In this document: positions 37,201-53,273 of the stretch, piece after piece | Layout of the letters: each line of letters begins with the position of its first letter | How positions within the stretch are numbered: position 1 is the first letter of the stretch | Assembly: GCF_018350175.1 (NCBI RefSeq) | Contig: NC_058368.1 | Span: forward strand, 109,556,001 to 109,620,000 | DNA length: 64,000 bases | Origin: Felis catus | Lineage: Eukaryota | Direction of reading: 5' to 3' | Translations under genes and position numbers: made by a program | Notes under the pieces: model-generated | Database searches by the model: none | What the model saw: only the letters and a program-made list of their open reading frames with translations | What the model was told of the DNA's origin: nothing

Positions 37201-39920
37201 GAGCAGTCAATAGAGTTTTTTTAAATAGTTGCTACTTCTATAATTAACTATATATTAAGTACAAGTCTCAGACGAAGTAAGTTTTTTGCCACTTGTCAAA
37301 TTCAGGTTTAAATGGTTACAGAACAGTGAAGACACCTATTGAGGAAGGAGGAACGGTGGCCTATAAAGGAGTCCAAAGTCTGTGCTGGAGCGGATGAAGA
37401 CACAGACAACTTTGGAGGAGATGGACACAGAGGGAAGGGAGTGGTGTTTCCACAGACTATTACATTAAAAATTCAATTATTTAGGATATGATTTTGATCC
37501 ACTGCCCATTACCACCTGGTGGGAAAAATCCCTCCACGATGAAAAGCTTGAAAAAGTCATTCTCTAAGAATGAACAGTTTTACAGAGAGAGAATTAACTT
37601 AGAGCAGCACCAGAAAACATGCAGGAAACTATATTTTAACCAAGTATCAGTGTGACCCCAGAAACACTCCTGCTGCCTTTCAGGACACACAAGAGATTAG
37701 AACACACTGGAATTCAGAGGTACCCAGCTGGCTGCTGTTGCTGAAAAGTATAAACGCTCAGAGGACACTTAATCCCTTTCTAAGACATCACTGCAAATTA
37801 AGGAATCAGAGTAAGAGCAATCAGAGAAGGACAGGACATACAACTACTTGATTAACAGGGATGAGTTTCTCAATAACTACCCTAAATCACTGAGAAGTCG
37901 TCCTCTTAAGGAAAACTGTTCCTAAAACATACTAAGATGAAGTCAGAAAGATTTCAGAGGCAACTTCTCTAAGGGAAAAAAGTTAAATTCAACCAAATTT
38001 CTAGATTCCGATCTTCAGCGACATGCAAAAACAACCCGAGGTACAAAACAGTTAAAACGCTCTATAAGTTTGAACCACAGGACAATGAGGGTTCACTAGC
38101 TTCAGAAATGAGTGTAAAAAAGACTCAAACACAGAGGACTCACTGCACCACTGGGCTTGCGAGATTTTCTATCCCGTCTTTCCCACTTCAAACCTTAGCA
38201 ATCATCTGTAAATAGCAGGGCAATCCTTTTTTCTGATTGGATGGATTCATTTTTGGAATGGGGAAAAGGATAAACTATTTTTTGAAGCAGCATTACCCAA
38301 CAGGTTAGACTAAGTCATGTACCAAAGCATTAGCTTTTCTGAAATAATTAATCTTTATGTGACCCTAAAGGAAGATTAAAAAGTAAAGAGAATTTAACAT
38401 TATTACTGCTGAAGACCAACCATATGGGTGATCTGGTCCTAGTGTAAAACTTCATCTGTAAACAATCCATAAAGGTTTCATTCAAAGGTAAGATTTAAGG
38501 CACACCAGACATGATAGGGGCACGAAAGGGGCATGACAGACGGTACGTTTCTCGCTTTTAACGCCTATATGCACCTTACAGGGAAGGTACTCTGATACAC
38601 AACTCTTACAGAGCTGGCTTCTTAAGCTCTACCCCTGCTCCCCTCCCCTTCCCAAGAGAGCTAACATTGAACTAAATTAGATACTTTTCTAGTGTGAATT
38701 TTCTGATCCCATTGGAAACACAAATCATTGGTGAGGGGGCCCTCATAATACAAAGGCAGTCAATACAAGACAAGTCTAAAAGGAGAACGTCATCTCTACC
38801 TCAGGCATTATAAACTGTAAGTTGTACAGCAAAAGCACACACAGCAAAGCTCCAGCCCATTCCTGCATTAGTCACTGCATGCTCCCATGAGAGCATCACA
38901 ATCTAGTGTGGCAAAAACATTTTACAAATAAGAATTCTGAAGAGAGATTTAACCCTTCAAACACCATCACCGAAAGAGATACAGGCAACATCCCCGGGAG
39001 CTGGATCATTGTTTGTCCCTCAGTAACTTAACTCTGTTTCAAAACTGTCAAGTTATTAGCAACAAAAAAGAACGCATGGTTTTAGCAAAATCCATGAAGT
39101 TCAAGATTGTCCTTTTATGAAACCCTTCACACGACATCCGTCTCCTAGAAAGTTTACCTGCCCTCTTTTGTAATGCATTAAATGCAAGCTATAGTCACCT
39201 TGTGATTCCTATAGTGTTATTAACACACATTCACAGTTCCGGAAGTAATGCATACCGAATCAGACACATTTCATCTTCTCTCTGGAGAATGTCATCTTCT
39301 CATATTTAAATGATTTTCATGTGTAGAAGAATATCCTTAATACTAAGTATAAATTCTGCAAGAAAATTGTAGTTACGATTTAAAATAATATCAGGTAGTA
39401 GGTACAGAAAGAACACGTCCACGTTTTAGATGAACCAACTCTTACTCTTAGAAGAGCTACCACAAAAAGACATTAGGTAACAAAGCTCCCAAAAGTATAT
39501 AAATAAAAATGCCTACATTAAACTTAGGCTAAATTTTCAACAGAGTAAATTCATAAGCAGAAATAATTAAGTTTTAAACTAGCCCCAATCTGGGAACTTA
39601 AAAAAAATTAAAATAAATAGGATTTCAATTGATTAGTTATGAATTGCAGCTGGAATTTCAATCTTATTACAGATCACCGAAACCGTCTTAGCAATGTGCT
39701 GCAGATTTAAAAACATTTAAATAATTTTCCATATTGGGAATATTAAAGGGGTCAACTGACATCATGGCTTTGGGTTATAAATAACAACAACACATGAACC
39801 AGGGAGGAAAAAACCATTCCTCATTCTTAGTGTCGACTAGGTGGCATGTTATGGCAGTTTTCCTTCGTGATGTGACACAGTGTTGTGGAGAAAATCAGAG
39901 GCAACGAGAATGTGTTCAGT
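34240..39920 (-). other. AFF4: AFF4 long 3' UTR (~5.7 kb); polyA signals AATAAA at 34269-34274 and ATTAAA at 34244-34249 (minus)
   Basis: Continuous AT-rich, Can-SINE-free sequence downstream of the AFF4 stop, ending at hexamers followed by a U-rich tract. The end point is inferred. Confidence 0.7.
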
Positions 39921-40103
<183 letters not shown>

Positions 40104-40971
40104 TTAAAAGTTTGGTCTAGACTGTAAAACAGTATTCATAGGAAGTCAAAAAAAAGATTCCCGCCTGCATTAAAATGATGACCATCCACGTTTTAGAACA
40201 AACCATCCATCCCATAGTCTCTGTCTTTCAAGCTACATTATTTTCTCTAAGTCATGAAACGTTTCCAACAGACTGTATGGTTAGGCATTAAGTGTTATAC
40301 ATAAAAGCAGAATTCCACTAATGGAAATTATCAATTGCTAGTATGCAGTATACACTACTAAAATGGGGAGCTAGTGCTACGATGTACTCAAAACAGTCTC
40401 TGTTTACCGTTTTTGTGTAACAAGCAAGTGGTACAAAAAAGGACGATGTTCTGTGCATGTTTCCCCGTAACAGCTCCTGTGAGGTTAGATATTTATGACA
40501 GCCTGTCTCCAAACTTTCTGCTGCAATCATATACCATGCCAACAGTGATAAACTAAATCCCATGTTTCAGACAGTATAGTTTAAAAATGTAAGGGATGGA
40601 AATGAAAGGATTCTTCCTATGTGAACAAATACAGGTTGATGTGGATGTGAGGTGGGTGCAGAGGAGGACGGAACGAAAGTGTCCTAACATCTGATCCCGA
40701 TGCAATTTTGGGAGAAGACAGAGAAGGATGCAGGACTCAGATGGTAAAGAGTTTTTATATGTGCAGAGAAAATGGGGTCATTCTCATGATGAAGACTTGG
40801 CCCTACTCAACACAAGACGCAATCAAGCAGTGAGGAAAAAAGGGTCTTCTTTATAGAATGCCACCTAAAAAATGCAGAAGGAATATCAGAAGACAGATTC
40901 CTATTTCCTAATGGAATAATGGATATAGATAATAACCATCAATGGATGTTAAAACAGAAGTTAAAGTTTGA

Positions 40972-41194
40972 GGGGCGCCTGGGTGGCTCAGTCGGTTAAG
41001 CATCCAACTTCAGCTCAAGTCATGATCTCATGGTTCGTGAGTTTGAGCCCCGTGCTGGGCTCTGTGCTGAAAGCTGAGAGCCTGGAGCCTGCTTCGGTTT
41101 CTGTGTCTCCCTTTCTCTTTGCCCTTCCCCTGCTCACACTCTGTCTCTCTCTCAAAAATGAACAAACATTAAAGCAAATTAAAAAAAAAAAAAA
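40972..41194 (+). mobile_element. Can-SINE (followed by an old L1-like fragment ~41220-41980)
   Basis: Full SINE body; AAGTTAAAGTTT flanking duplication. Confidence 0.85.
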
Positions 41195-43120
41195 GTTAAA
41201 GTTTAATAGGGAATCTTACATCAAACTGAGGCTAAAACCACCTGAATTCAATCAATGGTCAAATCCTAATATCACTAAACAAGAGATAACCATTAATTAC
41301 ATGCCTCATAATATGCTGTAATATGCTATAATAGGAAATCAAGAGCACCACCTATGAAGTATTATCTAAAATAATGAACTTGAATCTAATCAAGTCTCAA
41401 GATGTAACTAATCAGTATGAAGGAAATATGGGGGCAGAGGAGCAAGCTAAATGATACCATGAGGAAGGAATCAGTCAAATCCAGAATATGTGTCATTTTG
41501 TCTTCAACATAAATGGCACAGTGCCCCACCTCCAAAAACACCAAAAAATAGAGGAGGGAGACTGATCAATGGATGTGTGGACTCTGTTGGAAACAAACGG
41601 AGCTATCTTTAAAAAAAAAAACCCAAAACCCGCATATTTCCAACAAAAGGGAAACTGGATGGTAGACTAGGTATTAGGTGACAGAAAGGAAGTACTATTA
41701 ATTTTGGTGACTGTGTTAAAGTGATCACGGTGATCATGTTTTTGAAAAGTCCTTATCACTCAAGGATGCATATACCAAAGTATGTTGGGGTGAAATGTTA
41801 TAATATCTGTTGTTTGCTTTAAAATACTCCAGGGGCAAAGAAAAGCAGGAGTCAGAAAGAGATGGAGAAAGATCAGCAAAATACTGTATTGGTAAAGCTG
41901 AAGTTGAGTGCAAGGTGCACAGGGGTTCATTATATCATCCTCTTTCCTTTAGTCAATATTTGAAAAGTACCAAGCAAAAAAGTAAAAATGAAAGAAGAGG
42001 ATTTAAAAAAGGAAAAATGAAGCTGGAAAAACTGTTATCAGAGAGAAAAAATGTAAAGTAAAGCAGGAGTGACTTAATAAGAATTTTGGCTTTGTAACCT
42101 TTCCCGAGCAACACTGACAGTATTTAAAATTTTAAGAAAAAATTGGATTTTAAGAAACACAACTTCATGTTTGATGCTGGGGTTCCTCTTCTACCTTTCT
42201 CTTCCCATTATCCCTCTTTAGGGATAGGAATCGTTCATCTTCATCTGATTACCTGTTTATATAATAAATATTTAAATGCACTGTGACAGAAAGACACTTG
42301 ACTGACTGATGGGAGTGTTGGTCTACAAAGGATCTACCTGAATAGTTGCCACACTTGCCATATTTGCTAATAAAAGCTATGAAAATATTATGGTGTTTAT
42401 ATAGTACTTTTCCCTAGTATTTTATTATTATTTCTTAAATTTAAAATCCAGTATAGTTAACATACACTGTTATATTAATTTCAGGGTACAATATGGTGAT
42501 TCTTCCCTAGGACCTTTAAATATGTTATAATTCTCAATGTTCTTAGTTTGGGACATAACAAACATAAGGTACAAAGTCTCAAATAACCTAAAACTGAATA
42601 ATGCTAGAAAATAATTTATTTTATAGTCTCTTTTACCATGTAAGTTTTTCAATAGACCTAAAAATCCAGTATGAATGTGTTTTTTTTTTTTAAGTTTTAT
42701 TTATTTTTCTTTTAGTAATTTCTACACCCAACACAGGGCTCAAACTCATGACCCTGAAGACCAAGAATCGCATGCTCCTGTGACTGGGCTAGCCAGGAGC
42801 TGCCAAATGTGCTTTCTTACATATTAACTATCTCCTGTGTACAAAATGTGTGCACGTAATCCTACGCCTAAGTCAAACTTACTGTCACCCATCCTAACAG
42901 CATATATTTTTATTACTTTTATAACTGGCGCTGTCCTTAATGTGCCAAAACAAAGGCCTATTTGTGTTAGACCAAAAACTGTTTTTAGTTTAGTCTGTGT
43001 CACCAGTACAGTGAAAGGTATTTTTTCACCAAATTCAGTACATTCAGTGTGATTGGTAAGCAATGGTCATTATCATCAACTCTCGATTGCATAATAAACT
43101 AAATGCGGATCAGACACTTA

Positions 43121-43432
<312 letters not shown>

Positions 43433-44600
43433 TTATTCATATGAATATGGTGAATGTGATGAAACCAATGTTCTACTGGCTCTTCTTCCATGAAAGCTTT
43501 TAAAATTTAAAGATTCTTTTAAACCAGAAGAGTTCCCAGAGAAGTACAATTCCTTCTAAGTAAGTACTTAGCTCACTAAAGCCCATGGTGAACCATCCTA
43601 TCTAGACTCTTTGTTTTAATAAATGTAATAAACAATAAGTCCCACCTTTTGACGGAAAAGAAGGGGAGTTCACACACCTTGTTAGTAGCACTTCAAAGAC
43701 TTAGAAGTTAGATCACCTCACTCCCAGCTCAACACACTTTCCATCTATTCTGGCATGTAACAGGTACTTTTCTAGTTGTTTTATAGAAAGTTGGGTGGAA
43801 TTTGCAATTTAACACAAGAAAATTGTGGTAGTAGATAGGAACATCTTATTTTGAACTCCATTTCAGGTATTTTCCTAGTTTAAACAAGTTATTCAAAGCT
43901 GACAAAGAGGTACAGATTTCTCAATCAACTACAATTATTTCAAGCTTCCTGTCAATTAAATCTTTCTCAGGAAACACATGTTGAACTCTGACAGGTACAT
44001 TTCAGCAGTACTAAAATTTGTGGAAATGCCAAAGACCTTTAAAAAAAAAAAAAGGAAAATCAAACAAAAGTTGGGGGGGGGAAGCTATTTGTTAAGAATA
44101 TTTTTATCTTCACTTTTAGCACTAGAAATTTGATTAAGAAAATACACAAGGGCAAAGACAGAAAGTTAAGATAAAAATAATAACTAAGTAAACTTACACA
44201 CAAAAAAAGCTTTCATGGCAATTTGCCTCCTTTTGGTGGGGGTGACACAGGAAGGGAGGAAAAGCCACAATAATCCTATCGTGATAAAAACCCAAGTAGG
44301 TGTGGAAATTAAACTATGAGAAGGACTGAGGTGCTATTAAAAAAACTCAAGATTTCTCCAGGTGAAATATCCCCTTCTCTACTCTTTCTAAGATTATGCT
44401 CATTATCATATTTTCAACTTAGTAAAAATAAACAGAAAAATGAAAACTTTAAAAAATACTTTATTAGAAATAGTTGTAGTTTTTAAAGAATTGTCATCTT
44501 TCCATTTTTGGAAATTAGACCTTACCACCCATTCCACTTTTACAAACAAAAATAAATAATTGTGTCACAAAAAATACTTTATAGAATAAAATTTACCTAC

Positions 44601-44644
44601 CTTCCCAAGCCAGGTGATGGTGCTTGAGAATTATTGTAAGAATT
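44601..44644 (-). CDS. AFF4: AFF4 coding exon
   Basis: NSYNNSQAPSPGLG(S); 44 nt; phases match neighbours. Confidence 0.93.
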
Positions 44645-45293
44645 CTGTGGAAAAAATAAAATGTATTTAATTAAAAAAAAAAAAACAAACCACAAATTCT
44701 GAAGTACTACAGATATTCAAAAGCACTGGGCCAGAACTGACCTTAAGAATCTTTACAAATTTAAGAACCTAAAATGTAAGAGCAAGAGAGAGAATGTATG
44801 TGTGTGTAAATGTGCAACAGAAAGACAATACTTAGGTGAGAGCTGGGGGTTCTGAAAGACTTGGAGAGAATACTCAGAGAAGAGGGGTAGTCATACTATA
44901 TGCAAAGGCTGCATGAAAGTGAATGGATGTAACCCACAGTTTCTCTGGAGCAGAGGTTTAGATAAGGAATGAGAAAGAGACCTCGATGACTTTGAGGTCA
45001 GGGTAAAAAGCTTGGGCCTGACCTTGAAAGCAACAGTAAGCTACTGAAGGGTTCCAACTCAGAACCAGGGCAGGATTTTAAGAAGATTTATGTGGTGCTG
45101 GCAGGAAAAAACATAGACAGTTTAGGAAACAAATGTAACAGTGTAAGGAAGGGTGGCAGTAAAACAGAATACCATTTGCAATGTATAAATTAGGTTTCAT
45201 TATAAAAAGAGGCTACATCCCCTGAACTGTTAGTAAGTGCTATTGCATATGGCTACATAGGTTCTACAATCAGATATATGTAGATTTTAAAAC

Positions 45294-45521
45294 TTTTTTT
45301 TTTAATTTTTTTTTCAACGTTTTTATTTATTTTGGGGACAGAGAGAGAGACAGAGCATGAACAGGGTAGGGGCAGAGAGAGAGGGAGACACAGAATCGGA
45401 AACAGGCTCCAGGCTCCGAGCCATCAGCCGAGAGCCTGACGCGGGGCTCGAACTCACGGACCGCGAGATCGTGACCTGGCTGAAGCCGGACGCTTAACCG
45501 ACTGCGCCACCCAGGCGCCCC
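45294..45521 (-). mobile_element. Young Can-SINE with TSD
   Basis: Young-subfamily sequence retaining CpGs; AGATTT(T)AAAACTTTT flanking duplication. Confidence 0.92.
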
Positions 45522-45691
45522 AGATTTAAAAACTTTTTAAGAAATCTCAAACCTATTTGAAAGTTCACCGACAGTAAGTAGCTCTACCCTTGCTGTGGCA
45601 GGCAAGACATGAAGGCACTTTTGGGGTTGGGATAGGAGACTTTACAAATTTTGTGTCCTAGAACATGGACCATCCTCTTTTTCACACTTAC

Positions 45692-45785
45692 CTTCAGGTG
45701 CTCTGTCAGTGTCTTTGAGTACTTCAGAGCATTTTCCTTCTTCAGTTTGAACAGCCTCAGGTACAGCAAAGACTGGCATCGCAGG
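45692..45785 (-). CDS. AFF4: AFF4 coding exon
   Basis: (C)[31 protein letters not shown]; 94 nt. Confidence 0.95.
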
Positions 45786-46905
45786 CTGGCCAATGGAAAA
45801 GGGCAGCTTATTTACCAGCACAGCAGACTCTGGCTATATCTGCACAGACAACTTTTGTATCGTGCAAGAGCGCAGGACTGGCTAATGTGAACAGACCATG
45901 GCATAAGTGTCAACGACACTAACCCTGAAGCAAAACTGGAAGATGCGCTCTTTATGGTACACACCTCAAGGAGGGGAAGAGACTGAGGACTAGTCTCCTG
46001 TTTGCTGACATTCAAAAATCAAAACCTCACCCATGAGACACCAACATGTCATTACAACACATGCATTAAAAAAATCACTGAGGAGCAGAATCTCTAGATC
46101 AAATTATAAATATCTCATACTAAACAACAAAAACCAGGGAACTCCACTATGCATAGTACAATTCTGCTGCAACGCAGGTAAGCCTTACTATGGCTGACCA
46201 AAGCCCTGCACGGTCACCAATGCCTACCGCTCTAGTCACTTTCACTTCTCACTGGTCTTTTTAGTTCCTTGATAGTTTCCTGTTTCCTTCCACCACACAC
46301 CTCTTGCACATGTCCCCTCTACCTGAAGATAACGTGTCCCTACACCCTATTCTCTTATATATACTTTTCTTTCCAAGTACTGAATTCATGTACTTGTGTG
46401 ATTATTTAATTTCCGTCTCCTGACACTAGGCACCAGACTCCATGACAAAGAAGACTGTGCTACTTTATCCACACTACATTCCTAGCTATTAAGCCCAGTG
46501 CCAGGTAAAGTAAATGCTTTTAACAAACAAATTGGTAATATCTCCCTGGGAGCAAGCCAACAAGCCACATTCTTTATTCTGAGCAAGCTAAACATTTGCT
46601 CCCTAAGGAAAGGTATATGATATGTTGAGTAACAAGAGAGGATACCAAAAGAAGCGCTTGGAAAAGGGACGATGTGAGACAAGGAGAGTTCTACTCTACC
46701 AAGGATTTGCCAGGAGGGCAATGGATCAGAGACTGACAACAAGTTAAATCTTTCCGTAGGGATTTTGAGTTATTTTCTACTTGACCCATTGAGATTTATG
46801 AGTGGGTTACAAAAGGTCGATTCAAGGATAACTTTCCGAAGGGCATAACAGCATAATTGCTCTGGAACCGCCTGTCATCTAGCAGAGGCTGGAACCCAAC
46901 ACCTA

Positions 46906-47049
<144 letters not shown>

Positions 47050-47237
47050 TCAGAACATTAGAACCCAACTTCAATAAAGGCAAAAATACCCCCTGAAGTA
47101 TCTAATTCTCTGTATCCAAGAACAATAAAGGATTAAGCATCCTCTTTAGCTTTACTGTATACAGCTACATCAGCCCCTTCCAAGATGAACCAAAGAAATA
47201 CTATTGCCAATGACGTGGCAGCAAATTTTCCCACTTA

Positions 47238-47450
<213 letters not shown>

Positions 47451-47462
47451 TTAATTTGATTA

Positions 47463-47627
<165 letters not shown>

Positions 47628-47983
47628 CTAGCATCCCTCAGTTTTCATGTCCCCAAGTAAAGAACATGACCTCCTACTAAACATCCAATTCAGGTTTTTC
47701 TGACAAATGCTTTTCTTGGGTTAGGAGCATGAATCGTTTCGGCCAACTCATGGCAGATTTTCTACTTAGGGAAACAGAAATCAAGCTCCCTAGTATTAGA
47801 TACTAATTTATCCAAGTTGTTTGAAAGATTCAGAATGAACAGATGCCTTTCGAATCAAAATCTAAATGTTCTGTGGATTACAACACAAGTATGAATTCTT
47901 CTGGTCACTGATAGGATTTTAAACAAGTTTCTTACACGCTGACTGGAATGATTTCTCCAAAGCATAAGAAACATTTATCTCAC

Positions 47984-48078
47984 CTGTCGTCAAAGGCAAG
48001 CTTCGTTCTCCGAGGCTTAGAGGCATCAGGAGTTGGTGTAGAGGAAGGACAGTTAGAAGAGCTATTTGGAGCCTTTTC
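47984..48078 (-). CDS. AFF4: AFF4 coding exon
   Basis: [31 protein letters not shown](R); 95 nt. Confidence 0.93.
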
Positions 48079-48639
48079 CTAACCAAAAAAAAATATATAA
48101 TGTTGAAAAAATACGTATGTTGAAAATTCTGAGGTGATTAAAGTTAAACTGGAAGTATTTCTTGAGCCACTAGTAAAAAGTACAAAAAATTCCACTGCTG
48201 TCAGTAATTAATTTCTTTGTTATAATCATTTACAATTTCACAAAGTAAAAGTCCTTTTTAACAGAATGGGTCCACTTTATATAAACAAAAACACTCATTC
48301 TAATAGCAAAGTCTACTATTACCAGGCAATGACTGAACTAGACACTTGTTGAAACATAAGGAAGACACAAACCTACTATCAAAATAGTAGTAGTGCTTAA
48401 GACAAAATTTACTGATAATTACTGGTCACTGAAAACAGCAATAATATATCATCTAACATTTACTATGTGCTTACTACTTACCAGGCACTAAGTACTTAGG
48501 CCAGTCATTAAGATTTCAACAACCTTATGGAATGTGTATTGCTACTGGGACACAATAAAAAGCAGTGTCAAGGAGGGTAACTCACCCAAGTTCAAACAGC
48601 TTTTAAGTGGCATTCCCGGAATCCAGATCTGTCACATTT

Positions 48640-51600
48640 TATTTTATTTATTTTTCAGAGTTTTTTTTTTTTATGTTTATTTTAGTTATATTTTGAGAGA
48701 GAGGGAGAGGGAGAGACAGAGTGGTGTGCGTGAGCAGGGGAGGGGCAGAGAGAGGGGGAGACAGAGAATCCCAAGTAGGATCTCTGTACTGTCAGTGCAG
48801 AGCCCACGCAGGGCTCGAACTCATGACCCTGAGATCATGAACTGAGCCGAAATCAGGAGTAAGATGCTTAAGTGACTGAGCCACCAGGCGCCCCTGAAGC
48901 AGTCCCATTTTACAAGTCTAGGCTTCTTAACTTTATTCTACCCTCTATCAATATAGCCCTTTATGCGGGGCCTTTGATCCTGTCTTCCCAACTACTTCCC
49001 TATACACATTTTTCCATAATAAAACATAATAAGTTAATAAGTAGATAGATAAGTAGATAAATAAGTAGAATTTATCCTACAAATGGATGAATGTTCCAAC
49101 ATTAGTAAACCCAATTAATATATAATTTTACCGCTTGTGCTTAAAAATCTACTGAAAATGAACCATATAACCTAACCATTTTTTTTTTCTTAAATGATAA
49201 TAGCTTTTCAGTTCTACCCAATACAGCATGCACCTCAAAGAATTAAAATAATCATTATGGTGATGATGATATATGATGATGTATCTCAACTCAAAAAAAC
49301 CTGGCAGAACTAGAAGAAATAAACAAATCTTATAAGTTTGTGGAAAAAGGAACAAGAGGACAAAATGACCAAAATATCAACATAAAGAAGTTCTGGAAAC
49401 AGGATTAATCAATGTGAATTACACAGATTCCTTGTCCACAATATATGCAGAATAGACATTCTTTTCTAGTAAATACAGAACAGTACAAAAATCTACCATA
49501 TACTATACTCTCATAAAGCAAATCTTTTTTTTTTAATGTTTACATTTTTGAAAGAGAGCAAGTGCACAAGTAGGACAGGGGCAGAGAGAGAGGGAGAGAG
49601 ATCTGAGGCAGGCTCCACCCTAACAGCAGAGAGCCTGAAACAGGGCTCAAACTCACGAACTTTGAGATCATGAATTAAGCTGAAGTCAGACGTTTAGCCA
49701 ACTGAGCCCCCGGGCATCCCTCTCATAAAGCAGATCTTAACAAATTTCAAAAGACTGCTACCATGCAGACAATTTTCCAGCCCCAATGCAATTAATGTAG
49801 CAACACTAACCAGATGATAACCAGCAAATCTCCATATGTTTGGATTAATCCACTTTTAAAGAACTCTAGTGTCAAAGATGAAATCACACTGGAAATTAAA
49901 AAAATTTTAAACTGAGTTATAAAATCATTCCATATCTTCTAGGATGCACATATACAGTAGTTAAAGGAAAATATATAGCTTAACTGCTTATGTTAGAGAA
50001 AGAAAAAAGGCTTAAACTTAATTTAAAAATTAATGAGCTAAGTTTCCATCTTTAAAAGTCAGTGAACAGAGGGGCATCTGAGTGGCTCAGTTGGTTAAGC
50101 GTCTGACTTTGGCTCAGGTCATGATCTCGCAGTCCGTGAGTTCAAGCCCCATGTCAGGCTCTGTGCTGACAGCTCAGAGCCTGGAGCCTGCTTCAGATTC
50201 TGTGTCTCCTTCTCTCTCTGCCCCTCCCCCACACATACTCTGTCTGTGTCTCTCTCTCTCTCTCTCAAAAATAAATATTTAAAAAAAAAAAAAAAGTAAA
50301 CAGAGGGAGCCTGGGTAGCTCAGTCAATAAAGCATCTAACTCTTGGTTTCGGCTCAGGTCTTGACCTCACGGTTCATGAGTTCGAGCCCAGCATTGGGCT
50401 CCGAGCTGACAGGGGGAGGAGGGCCTGCTTGGGATTCTCTCTTTCCCTCTCTCTCTGCTCCTCTGCTTGTGCTCTCTCTCTCAAAATAAATAAACTTAAA
50501 AAAAAAAAACAAACCCTCAGTAAACAGAACAGCAAAACAAAAAGCAAGGAAATCATAGACTAAAAATTAACAAAATAGAAATAAAAAGTAAACCACAGAG
50601 AACCAACAAAAACAAAGGCTCTTTTTTGAAAAGACAAGTAAAACTAATAAGCCTCTGATGACACTAATCAAGGGGAAAAAAAAAAAAGAAATGGCATAGA
50701 GAACTAATATCAAGAACAAAAGAGAAATATAAGAGATGTTACAAATACCAAAAGCATGAGAGATTGTAATCAACAACTTTATGCCAACATATTTCAAATA
50801 TTTGATAACAGGAACAAATATGTAGAAACACAAAAATTATATGTAATTTTGTTTTTCCATATTATCTATTCTTAAAGTGATAACAAGAAAAAGTACATTT
50901 TCTAACTAAATTACAGATTCTTTTTATTAAAAAAATTTTTTTTAATGTTTATTTATTTTTGAGATTGAAAGAGAGCACAGACAGAGGAAGGGCATAGAGA
51001 GAGGGAGACACAGAATCCAAAGCAGGCTCCAGGCTATGAGTTGTCAGCACAGAGCCTGATGCGGGGCTTGAACCCACGAACCATGAGATCATCACCTGAG
51101 CTGAAGTCAGAAGCTTAACCGAGTGAGTCCTCCAGATGTGCCTATAGAGTGTTCTTTAATAAACCCATATATAATTGCCTAAATTGGAAATTGCCAAGAC
51201 TAACATTAACGATTTTAATAACTGTTAAAAATGCCCTAAGGTGTTGGAATCAAAGTGGTCAGGGCCTATATTTTATATTTTGTCACCAACAACAGAATAC
51301 CAAATAACTACACTTGATCCAACAAATATTTCCTGATTACCCAGTAAGTTAAACAATGGAGAAAACACAAAATAAGATACAAATCCCTGCTTTCAAGGAC
51401 CTGACAAATCAACAAAGAAGACATAAGAGTTTTTACCTATGAGATCACAAAAGCCATATGAGTGGGTGAGCTCACTTAAAGAGTACATTTAAAAAGAGAG
51501 AGGTAAGAGGTTTCAAGAAATAAGCATACAGACCTCAAATCCTACAACTAAAGGATGGAAAATAGAAAAAGAGCCAGTCAGCAAGTTGATACAGAAGTGG

Positions 51601-52439
51601 GATGGTGAAGGAGGTCAAGAGGACAGTCAGGTCCCTTAAGGACACTAGGACTTATACTCTAAACCATTACAGAAGGGTGTCCAACTGCGGAAAAAGCCTT
51701 CTGTATATCTCAATTTCAGATGTTGTTCACAATTAAAATTACCTCAATTTCAAAGACTTAACTACTACATTTAATAAGCACGAGTAACTACTTTTAATGC
51801 AATTTTTTCAACTCTCAAACCTTTGCCTACTCAAGTCACAAACAACAATCCAGTGAACTATATTCTTAAAAATCTATGTATTTGGGGGCGCCTGGGTGGC
51901 TTAGTTGGTTGAGCATCCTACTTCAGCTCAGGTCATGATCTCGCAGTTCGTGAGTTCGAGCCCTGCATCGGGCTCTGTGCTGATAGCTCAGGCCTGGAGT
52001 CTGCTTTGGATTCTGTGTCTTCCACTCTCTCTGCCCCTCCCCTGCTCACACTCTGTTTCTCTCTCTCTCTCAAGAAGAAATAAACATTAAGAAAAAAAAT
52101 CAAGGTATTTTCTTAATTTTGTCAGAGTTTGCTCCCAATCAAAACAGTTCAGAAAGTAATGCAAATAACCTTGTAAAAAAACTGAGGGTAAGATTCTAAT
52201 AAGGTATAGCCTTGAGAAAGCTTCTATCTATGATCCAATTCTCCATCCATGAACATTAAGAATATTCCCCTATTGGGCACCTGGGTGGCTCAATCGGTTA
52301 AGCATCTGACTCTGCTCAGGTCAAGATCTCATGTGGGCCCCCACTGTCAGTGCAGAGCCTCTTTGGGATTCTCTCTCTGCACCTCCCTCACTTGCACTTA
52401 CTCTCTCTCTCTCTCAAAATAAACTTAAAAAAAAAAAAA
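48640..52439. repeat. SINE/L1-rich AFF4 intron: Can-SINEs at ~48640-48894 (-), 49525-49720 (-), 50071-50295 (+), 50325-50510 (+), 50936-51142 (-), 51884-52099 (+), 52275-52439 (+); old L1 fragments ~49060-50830
   Basis: SINE bodies read directly; A-rich degenerate L1-like sequence between them. Confidence 0.8.
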
Positions 52440-52898
52440 GCACTATGTTATGATCATGCTCTAGGAATAGTTCCAATGCTAATTTACCTGAAGAATTTCC
52501 TTCATGAATCAAAGCCAAATTAGTTGCCTTATCACTTTATGTAATATAACTTGCTTGTAAAATCTAATTCTAAAAAATCCAAAGCCAATTCCAAACTATA
52601 CACAATCGATCATAGCTAATAGAGTGATTTATAATTAGATCATAATCAGCTACTTTCTTCCAAAACCAACTTTTCCAATTAAGCGTTTGTCTTAATTAAT
52701 ATGCATGTTGGCAGGTGACTTATTGCTTTCATGGTCTGAGATCACTGCATACGTTCATTATCAAGATTATGACATTTTGAGATGAAAACACATAGGCCTA
52801 CAAGTTTAAGGAGAGGTTTACAAGATTTTCAAAGTACAATGTCACCTTGGAGAATTCCTATGGCAATGGGATTGGTTTTCAAAAGGCTCAGGCCTCTA

Positions 52899-53273
<375 letters not shown>

